DNA from: an uncultured archaeon
Lineage (GTDB): Archaea > Asgardarchaeota > Heimdallarchaeia > Heimdallarchaeales > Heimdallarchaeaceae
Reading direction: 5' to 3'
NCBI GenBank assembly: GCA_964549075.1
Contig: CAZJUB010000032.1
Coordinates: 1 to 28,681, forward strand
DNA length: 28,681 nt
Part shown: one piece after another, positions 19,101 to 26,284 of the stretch
Position numbering within the stretch: the stretch's first letter is position 1
How the letters are laid out: every line of letters begins with the position of its first letter
The notes under the pieces: generated by a model
Databases searched by the model: none
What the model was told of the DNA's origin: nothing
The model's input: only the letters and a program-made list of their open reading frames with translations
Position numbers and translations under genes: made by a program

Positions 19101-20300
19101 ATGATGAAAAACAAACATAAAAAATTATACTTCTTTTCAGTTTCAATTGTTATAGTATTAATACTTCTCTTTGCAACTGTAATCGTTTCAGCTGAAAATT
19201 GTGCACCTTCGTCTTATCCTGCTGGAAGAATAGGTCATTCTATGGTCTATGACTCTGTCAACGATGTAATTATTGTTTATGGTGGAACTACAGGAAAATA
19301 TGATTTGGATAGAAAATATGACACTCAAGCTTATGACTATAATAATAATAATTGGACAAACTTGAAACCTTCTACACATCCTTATCCCTCTGCATGGGGA
19401 GCAATGGCATATGATAGCGAATCTGAAAAGATTGTTCAGTTTGGTGGTGTTCCTCAAAATGATTGGGCTTCTAACGAAACGTGGGTATATGATCCAGCCT
19501 TAAATACTTGGACAGAAGCTTCTCCTAACAATTTCCCAGCTATGAGAACTGCACATGCTATGGCTTATGACTCTGAATCGGATGTTGTTATTTTACATGG
19601 AGGAGCTGTAGGTGCTGAGGATAATCCAGATGGGGTATATGTTAAGTATAATGATACCTGGGCCTATGATCTAAATTCTGATACTTGGACAGATATGAAT
19701 CCAACAGGACTAGATGTTGGAATTTCAGAAGGTCAGATGACTTATGATTCTGAGAGTGATAGGTGTATCCTATTTGGAGGTTACTTTGTTTATCCGTATG
19801 ATAATCCCTTAGATGAATATTATGCTACTGAAACTTGGACGTATGATTACAATACTAACACTTGGGAAAATATAACAACTACAACTGTTCCAGGACCTAG
19901 ATTTGATCATGCATTGGCTTATGACTCAGAGAGTGATAGAGTCATTTTGACAGGGGGTCATATATCAGAAGGTGATGATACTCTCCAAGGTGAAACATGG
20001 ACATTTGATTATAATACTCAAACTTGGGAAAACATGAATCCTACTCTTGCACCTAAAAGACTAGGACATAAAATGGCCTATGACTCAGAAAGCGATTTAG
20101 TTATTCTTTTCGGAGGTATAGCCTATCCTGATTATACTGATGCTTTCTATAATACAGTTTTTACATATGACTATAACACAAATACTTGGACAGTTATGTC
20201 CAGAGAACTATGTCCTGATGATACTATAGCTTTTAATATTCCAATCATAACATCTTTAACTGTTTTAGCTGTTGTTCTAATCTTAAGGAGAAAAAAATAA
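19101..20300 (+). CDS. Cell-surface six-bladed Kelch beta-propeller protein (copy 1)
   Basis: Signal peptide; six repeats of H/A-x-M-x-YDSESD-xxIL-x-GG...TW-x-YD-xx-TNTW; Cys at both ends of the propeller; C-terminal TM + RRKK. Confidence 0.9.
   Translation: MMKNKHKKLYFFSVSIVIVLILLFATVIVSAENCAPSSYPAGRIGHSMVYDSVNDVIIVYGGTTGKYDLDRKYDTQAYDYNNNNWTNLKPSTHPYPSAWGAMAYDSESEKIVQFGGVPQNDWASNETWVYDPALNTWTEASPNNFPAMRTAHAMAYDSESDVVILHGGAVGAEDNPDGVYVKYNDTWAYDLNSDTWTDMNPTGLDVGISEGQMTYDSESDRCILFGGYFVYPYDNPLDEYYATETWTYDYNTNTWENITTTTVPGPRFDHALAYDSESDRVILTGGHISEGDDTLQGETWTFDYNTQTWENMNPTLAPKRLGHKMAYDSESDLVILFGGIAYPDYTDAFYNTVFTYDYNTNTWTVMSRELCPDDTIAFNIPIITSLTVLAVVLILRRKK
19410..19484 (+). repeat. 75-nt perfect direct repeat shared by the two Kelch genes (second copy 22111-22185)
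   Basis: TATGATAGCGAATCTGAAAAGATTGTTCAGTTTGGTGGTGTTCCTCAAAATGATTGGGCTTCTAACGAAACGTGG is identical, including third codon positions. Confidence 0.9.
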
Positions 20301-20380
20301 TATTTTCTCCAATTTTTTTCTTATTGATTTACCTACATACTTAATTTTAATATTATAAAGAAGAATTATATTTTGGAGAA

Positions 20381-20647
20381 ATGATAACCGACGAGATTAC
20401 ATGCCCCAATTGTCATACAAGCGGTGTAACGATTTTAGAAAAGAGAGAAAGTAAGTATTTAGATAATGGTATTTACTATAAAGTAATCGAATTAACTTTG
20501 GTATGTAAAAAAGGTTGTTGGCATAATTGGGAGGAGTACTATAGAATAGAATTAAAGAATTTTAATGAAGATGAGAAGATTGTTAAAATTCCTTTATTCA
20601 GAGACGAAATCATAAATCCTGAGCAAATCAAATTCAATCAAGAATAA
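20381..20647 (+). CDS. Small zinc-ribbon protein
   Basis: 88 aa, CPNC...CKKGC, GGAG upstream of the ATG. Confidence 0.65.
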   Translation: MITDEITCPNCHTSGVTILEKRESKYLDNGIYYKVIELTLVCKKGCWHNWEEYYRIELKNFNEDEKIVKIPLFRDEIINPEQIKFNQE

Positions 20648-20708
20648 CTATTATTTTGTTAAAAGTTGAGAGAAATTCTTTTTAGTTAGAAGAAATATAT
20701 ATTTTCTA

Positions 20709-21722
20709 TTGAGTAAAAACAGATTTTCTCTTCGAACTGCATTTATCATAACGTTATTGTTACTGATATCATTTCAGAAGATTGAATCAGAAATTAATAA
20801 ACCATCATTTGGAGAAAATAAAATTTCATTTAGTGATGATGTTGTCATTTATTCTCATAGTATAGATATTTTAATACAAGATGTTAATTCAATTTCTTTT
20901 GAAGAGCATTTCCAATTTATGAATGCTAGAGTTACTCCTATTTCAACAATTAATATTTGGATGAAGAATATAAATGTCAACAATTTACTTGTGAGAGATG
21001 AGGAATATGTTGAATTAGATAAGAATGTATTAATCTTTGAAAACCAAACTGCCCTTGTTTCTGTCGAGCTCAATAGAGCTTTAGAGAAATTCCAAACCTA
21101 TGCTTTTAGTCTATTATACTCAGGTGGGGAATGTATGGAGATACAAGGAAATCCTCCTTATTATCTTTATCAGTTTACCTCTATATTTTCTTATAATACA
21201 ATAGGTCTTGGGATAAATATCAGATTACCTGAACATTGTAATATAAGAGAGTATAACCCAGAGAATGGTCACCTTGAGGTGGTGGGAGGGTATACATGGG
21301 TATTTTGGTCTTGGTCATCTGATTATCTCAATAGTTCCGTGATTTTTCCACTAGTACAAGTATTTTTTGAAGAACCACCAACAAGTAGAACAGCTATATG
21401 GATAACAGTAATTGGACCCTTTTTAGGTGTAATTTTAGGCGCTTCTAGCGTATACCTGTTGATGAGGAAAAGAGAAAAGAGATCGGTTGAAATGTTAGGA
21501 AAGATATTTCTTACTGATGACCAGAAGCTTATTTTGAGAATTATAATTGAAAACGAAGGTAAAATTACGCAAAAAGAGCTTATTGAACACACGCAATTTT
21601 CTAAATCAAAAATATCTAGAAATCTATTCCCCTTAGAAGAATATGACTTAATTAAAAAAGAGAAATGGGGAAGAGAATTTAAAGTTTATATTACTGAAGC
21701 AGGAGAGAAAATCTTAGAATGA
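20709..21722 (+). CDS. Membrane-anchored transcriptional regulator (extracellular beta domain - TM - cytoplasmic winged HTH; COG2512-like)
   Basis: N-terminal signal, beta-rich ectodomain, TM IWITVIGPFLGVILGASSVYLLM + RKREKR, then LTDDQKLILRIIIENEGKITQKELIEHTQFSKSKISRNLFPLEEYDLIKKEKWGRE (MarR-like wHTH). TTG start. Confidence 0.85.
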   Translation: MSKNRFSLRTAFIITLLLLISFQKIESEINKPSFGENKISFSDDVVIYSHSIDILIQDVNSISFEEHFQFMNARVTPISTINIWMKNINVNNLLVRDEEYVELDKNVLIFENQTALVSVELNRALEKFQTYAFSLLYSGGECMEIQGNPPYYLYQFTSIFSYNTIGLGINIRLPEHCNIREYNPENGHLEVVGGYTWVFWSWSSDYLNSSVIFPLVQVFFEEPPTSRTAIWITVIGPFLGVILGASSVYLLMRKREKRSVEMLGKIFLTDDQKLILRIIIENEGKITQKELIEHTQFSKSKISRNLFPLEEYDLIKKEKWGREFKVYITEAGEKILE

Positions 21723-21774
21723 ATTGTTTCACAAAGTTGCAAATTTATTTTGAACGATATTTAATGTATCTTGA
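21723..21774 (+). promoter_or_regulatory. Promoter of Kelch gene 2: two phased 10-bp direct repeats + TATA element
   Basis: ATTGTTTCAC / AAAGTTGCAA (21723-21742), a 14-nt spacer, then ATATTTAATGTAT (21757-21769). The 12-mer TTTCACAAAGTT is identical to 18995-19006. Confidence 0.7.
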
Positions 21775-21813
21775 AGTGCATATAGTATACAGAATTAGGA
21801 GAAGTGAGAAAGG

Positions 21814-23010
21814 ATGAGAGTGCCAAAGAAAGATCTAATTTTATCTACTTTCTTTATCATCATAATGCTGTTTTTTACATTATTCAAAACTTCAGCTGAT
21901 TGTGTTACAAATCCTTATCCTCCAGGTGAAGTTGCACACTCAATGGTTTATGATTCAGTCAATGATGTTGTTATTGTTTATGGAGGAATGATTGGTTCAT
22001 ATGATCTTGATAGAAAATATGATACTCAAGCTTATGATTATAACAATAATAACTGGACAAATCTGAAACCTTCTACACATCCTTATCCTTCTTCATGGGG
22101 AGCAATGGTTTATGATAGCGAATCTGAAAAGATTGTTCAGTTTGGTGGTGTTCCTCAAAATGATTGGGCTTCTAACGAAACGTGGATATATGACCCTAAT
22201 TTGAATACTTGGACAAATGCAAATCCTATTAATTTCCCAGCTATGAGAAGTGCTCATGTTATGGCTTATGATTCTGAATCGGATGTGGTTATTTTACATG
22301 GAGGAGCTGTAAGTGCTGAGGACAATCCAGATGGAGTATATGTTAAGTATAATGATACTTGGGCCTATGATTATAACTCAAATACTTGGATAGAAATGAA
22401 TCCTACTGGTTTAGATGTTGGTATATGTGAAGCTCAAATGACCTATGATTCTGAGAGTGATAGATGCATCTTATTTGGTGGTTATTTCATTTATCCGTAT
22501 GATGACCCTCAAGCTGAATATTATGCTAGAGAAACTTGGGCGTATGATTATAACTCAAATAGCTGGGAAAATATAACAACAACAATTCATCCTGAATATC
22601 GCTATGATCATGCGATGGCATATGATTCTGAGAGTGATAGAGTGATATTAGTAGGAGGATGGACATACGGAGATGGAGGTATTCATCAAGACGAGACATG
22701 GTCATTCGATTTTAATACTAAGACTTGGGAAAATATGAATTCAGTGATAAAACAGCCTAAAAGGATAGCGCATAAAATGGTTTATGATGTAGAAAGTGAT
22801 CGCATGATTTTATTTGGAGGATTATTAGTTCCTGATCTTTCAACTTTCTATAATACTATTTTTACCTATGATTATAATACTAATAATTGGACAGTGATGC
22901 CTTATGATTTATGTCCAACTACAGATGAAGATATTTATCTACTTTATCCAGCTTTGCTAATATCAAGTATCTTGGTAGCAATTGTGAGACTAAATAATAG
23001 GAAAAAATAA
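21814..23010 (+). CDS. Cell-surface six-bladed Kelch beta-propeller protein (copy 2)
   Basis: Paralogue of 19101..20300 with the same six repeats and flanking Cys; signal peptide and C-terminal TM + NRKK. Confidence 0.9.
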   Translation: MRVPKKDLILSTFFIIIMLFFTLFKTSADCVTNPYPPGEVAHSMVYDSVNDVVIVYGGMIGSYDLDRKYDTQAYDYNNNNWTNLKPSTHPYPSSWGAMVYDSESEKIVQFGGVPQNDWASNETWIYDPNLNTWTNANPINFPAMRSAHVMAYDSESDVVILHGGAVSAEDNPDGVYVKYNDTWAYDYNSNTWIEMNPTGLDVGICEAQMTYDSESDRCILFGGYFIYPYDDPQAEYYARETWAYDYNSNSWENITTTIHPEYRYDHAMAYDSESDRVILVGGWTYGDGGIHQDETWSFDFNTKTWENMNSVIKQPKRIAHKMVYDVESDRMILFGGLLVPDLSTFYNTIFTYDYNTNNWTVMPYDLCPTTDEDIYLLYPALLISSILVAIVRLNNRKK

Positions 23011-23231
23011 CTTTTATCCATCTATATTTTTTTAAAAATAATGTTTTTTACTAAAATCATTAAATATTGATATTAAGTATTTTTCTTTTGAGAAAAATAC
23101 AATAATAACTCATTATCAAATCATATCAAAATAAAATCAAGCTACTTTTCAATAATGATGAATATCCTAATATTGTTGTGAAAAACGATTTGGGAAATGT
23201 TTTTGTATATTCAAGAAGTAAGATTAAGATA

Positions 23232-23850
23232 TTGAATAAGAAAACAGTAAGGATATTCACAATATCGGTTTTTTTAGGTATTCTAGTGCTTCCTTTTGTT
23301 CACACAGTTCAATAACTACTTGTTATAACCAACTGACACAAATATTTTCAAATCTAAATCAGTCTTCTTTATGTTTTAATGACTATACTATCCTTCTTGA
23401 GGTAAAAGATGCTGAAAAAATAAAAGTTTATGAAACAATCAGCCTAAAAAAGGAACAGAACACATCTATAATAGATTTATCCTTATATTATAACGAAACT
23501 ATCTCAATAACAGCTATTGAAGAGGATTTTCAAGAGATTACGAATTTTACTCTATTTCCTTCAAACAATCTTCTTATAGTATTGAACAATGCTCTAGAAC
23601 CCAATGAATCTAGGGAAATTGACATCAGATATTCAGTGGACAATATTATTACATATTAGCAAGGAAATTATCTTAGAGTATATTTTGAGTACTACAAATA
23701 TTTGACTACAAAGGAGATATCATTGTTAGGCTTCCTCGAGATTCGAAAATTTGGGGAAGGATAAAATACTTACAGAAAAGTATCCAAGTCCAAGTAATAT
23801 TAATTTTTACCAACACTGATATTCTCAAGTATTATTCTTGTGATTTTTAG
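23232..23850 (+). pseudogene. Degraded paralogue of the membrane-anchored regulator ectodomain (not in ORF track)
   Basis: TTG 23232 gives signal-like LNKKTVRIFTISVFLGILVLPFVHTVQ* (TAA 23313). The shifted frame from 23312 reads ...YTILLEVKDAEKIKVYETISLKKEQNTSIIDLSLY...LLIVLNNALEPNESREIDIRYS..., with in-frame TAG at 23657. After another shift it reads GDIIVRLPRDSKIW. These match HSIDILIQDVNSISFEEHFQF, VSVELNRALEKFQTYAFSLLYS and GINIRLPEHCNI of 20709..21722. No TM or HTH remains. Confidence 0.7.
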
Positions 23851-23883
23851 ATTGTATAAAAGGAAGAAATAAAATTATTTCTT

Positions 23884-25077
23884 CTATTTTTTTTCTGCTT
23901 TTATCGCTTTATATATCCAGTTCATACATTCTTCTAAGATAGTTCTTGGACAGGCTACATTCACTCTTTCGAATCCTTCTCCTCCGTCACCAAACACACT
24001 TCCACTATCCAAAGCTACTCTAGCTTTTTTAAGGAAGAAATTTCTTCTATCTTCATCAGACATTCCTAATGAGCTGAAATCTAGCCAAGCTAAATAAGTT
24101 CCTTCTGGTTTAACCATTTCAACATCTGGTAAATAATCTTCTAGAAATCCTTTCAAAAATTCAAAATTCTTTTCAATATATTCCATTACTTGATCCAACC
24201 ATTCATCCCCTTCATTATAAGCAGCTATTGTTGCAACAATACTGAAAGCATTTGGAATACCTAAACTATTTTGACCAGTTATTGCATTGGAGAATCTTTC
24301 TCTTAATTTCTCATTTGAAATGATTATACTAGAATTCTGGAGACCAGCAATATTGAAAGTTTTACTAGGAGCAGCACCGACAATTGAAATATCTTTGAAT
24401 TCTTCTTTAATATTTGAGAAGACATAGTGTTGACTTCCATTTAAGAGTAAATCGTGATGGATTTCATCAGATACAACTAAGATATCGTTTTCTAAACATA
24501 TTTCACCTAATTTTGTTAATTCTTGTTCTGACCAAACTCTTCCAACTGGATTATGAGGACTACATAAAATAAACATCCTTGCTAGAGGATCTTTTGCTTT
24601 TTCTTCAAAATCATCAAAATCAAAAGTATAGTGTTTATTCTCATAGATCAGCTGATTGTTTAATATTTGTCTCCCATTATTTTTGATAGTTGAAAAGAAT
24701 GGGTAATATACTGGAGACTGAACTATTATCTTATCTCCTGGAATAGAGAAAGTTCTGATAATTATATTTATTGCGGGAACGATTCCTGGACTGAAAACTA
24801 TCCAATCATCATCAATTTCCCAATTATGTCTACGTTTCATCCAACCGGAAATAGCTCCAAAATATTCAGGAGTTTTATGCCAGCTATAACCATAAATTCC
24901 TTCTTTAGCTTTCCTTTCTACTGCTTCTATAACTGGTTGAGGACACTGAAAATCCATATCAGCTACCCATAATGGTAGAACATCTGCCGTACCAAAAAGC
25001 TCTTCTAACAAGCTTTTATCCCATTTTACAGAGTGAGTATTAGTTCTATCTATTACTTTATTAAAATCGTACTTCAT
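23884..25077 (-). CDS. patB: MalY/PatB family PLP-dependent C-S lyase (cystathionine beta-lyase-like)
   Basis: MKYDFNKVIDR..SVKWD, LPLWVADMDF, LCSPHNPVGRVW, SDEIHHD, APSKTFNIAGL, PEGTYLAWLDF, RVNVACPR. ATG at 25077 preferred over TTG at 25098. Confidence 0.92.
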   Translation of the reverse strand: MKYDFNKVIDRTNTHSVKWDKSLLEELFGTADVLPLWVADMDFQCPQPVIEAVERKAKEGIYGYSWHKTPEYFGAISGWMKRRHNWEIDDDWIVFSPGIVPAINIIIRTFSIPGDKIIVQSPVYYPFFSTIKNNGRQILNNQLIYENKHYTFDFDDFEEKAKDPLARMFILCSPHNPVGRVWSEQELTKLGEICLENDILVVSDEIHHDLLLNGSQHYVFSNIKEEFKDISIVGAAPSKTFNIAGLQNSSIIISNEKLRERFSNAITGQNSLGIPNAFSIVATIAAYNEGDEWLDQVMEYIEKNFEFLKGFLEDYLPDVEMVKPEGTYLAWLDFSSLGMSDEDRRNFFLKKARVALDSGSVFGDGGEGFERVNVACPRTILEECMNWIYKAIKAEKK

Positions 25078-25296
25078 GAACAAACAAGTTCTGAACAATG
25101 GAACTTTCTTTTAAGTTTTAGCATAAAATAGCCAGTCAGTGAATCATCTTGAAAGTATTTAGTGTAATTTTATGATTTAATTCTATGAAGAAAATTTATA
25201 TTCTTCAAAACATAATATTTCCAGCTATAAGATACTTCAACAAACTCAATTCCAAACTAAAATTTCTCTGAAAAGAGAGATAAGTATGTGATAAGC

Positions 25297-26283
25297 ATGA
25301 AAAAAAAAGTCGGTATTCCTAGAGCTTTACTTTATTATAAATTTGAAGCTTTATGGAGAACTTTTTTCGAAGAACTAGGAGCAACTGTAATTATCTCTCC
25401 TAATACTACAAAGACGATTAAAGATTTAGCAGTTAGATATGCACCTGATGAAGACTGTTTTTCTACAAAATTATATTTTGGACATGCTATCTTTCTAAAA
25501 GATCAAGTTGATTATTTATTTATTCCTCGATTTGGTAGCGATCATAAAGAAAATGTTGGGTGTCCTAAATTCATAGGTCTTGCTCAAGTTCTACATTCTC
25601 TATTCACAGATTTTCCTGAGATTATTATGCCATATTATTCTAAAGCAAAAGAAAATCATGGAAAAGCTAGACTCATCAGACTTATTTTTAAGGTTGGATT
25701 TAAATTTACTCTTAATCCTATTAGAATTTTAAGAGCTGCAAAACGAGCTATCAAAGCTCACCATAAACATGAAGAAGAAATATATTTAACTGAGATAGAA
25801 TTAGAAAAATGGTTACAATCTGAGATGACTCTTAGTACAAAACTTGACTTGAAAGACAGAAATGAGCCTTTGAAAATTGCTTTAGTAGGACATCGTTATC
25901 TGTTGAATGACAGTCTATCTAACCTAAATATCAAAGAAAATTTAGCTAAAAAAGGTGTAGATATTATAACTTCAGAACAGATGCCAAGAAAATTAATTGA
26001 AGATCAAATGAATAAGCTTGATTATAATATGTACTTTGATTATGTAAGAGAGATTTTAGGAACTATTATGTATTTTCAAGAAAACAATACAATAGATGGA
26101 TTATTACAACTTGCTGTTTTTAGTTGTGGACCTGATTCAATTATTTTGGAATTAGCATCTAGATACTCACAGCGCACATCAGGTCCACCTTTATTACAAC
26201 TAGTGATAGACGAACTAACTTCCGAAGTAGGATTTAGTACTAGATTGGAAGCTTTTCTAGATATGGTTGAAAGGAGAACTTAG
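25297..26283 (+). CDS. Acyl-CoA dehydratase activase-related protein (DUF2229 / COG3580-like), putative Fe-S subunit
   Basis: KVGIPRALLYY..W.TFFEELG..V.ISP.T, DCFSTK..FGH, GCPKF, IALVGHRY, FSCGPDS, IDE.TSEVGFSTRLEAFLDM. ATG at 25297. Confidence 0.85.
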   Translation: MKKKVGIPRALLYYKFEALWRTFFEELGATVIISPNTTKTIKDLAVRYAPDEDCFSTKLYFGHAIFLKDQVDYLFIPRFGSDHKENVGCPKFIGLAQVLHSLFTDFPEIIMPYYSKAKENHGKARLIRLIFKVGFKFTLNPIRILRAAKRAIKAHHKHEEEIYLTEIELEKWLQSEMTLSTKLDLKDRNEPLKIALVGHRYLLNDSLSNLNIKENLAKKGVDIITSEQMPRKLIEDQMNKLDYNMYFDYVREILGTIMYFQENNTIDGLLQLAVFSCGPDSIILELASRYSQRTSGPPLLQLVIDELTSEVGFSTRLEAFLDMVERRT

Positions 26284-26284
26284 G

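Noticed and set aside
19188-21592. Antisense ORFs 19188..19457, 20855..21073 and 21323..21592
   Set aside because: Opposite strand of the Kelch and regulator genes; explained by codon bias.
19101-21903. Lipoprotein lipobox at the N-terminal Cys of the Kelch proteins
   Set aside because: Contexts SAENC and SADC do not fit L-A/S-G/A-C, and the proteins already have a C-terminal anchor.
19240-22880. Recurring TATGAYTCWGA...GA nucleotide repeats resembling a CRISPR-like array
   Set aside because: They encode the YDSES motif of each Kelch blade, are in frame and degenerate, and no cas genes are present.
19101-23010. Diversity-generating retroelement (template/variable repeat) explanation for the Kelch pair
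   Set aside because: No reverse transcriptase in the window, both copies are full genes, and the differences are not adenine-specific.
23657-23659. In-frame TAG as pyrrolysine or readthrough codon
   Set aside because: The same region has two frameshifts and a truncated end, and other genes here use TAG as a normal stop; pseudogenisation is simpler.
26267-26284. Track start at TTG 26267 overlapping the upstream gene
   Set aside because: ATG at 26285, directly after the upstream stop and preceded by AGGAG, fits the family N-terminus better.
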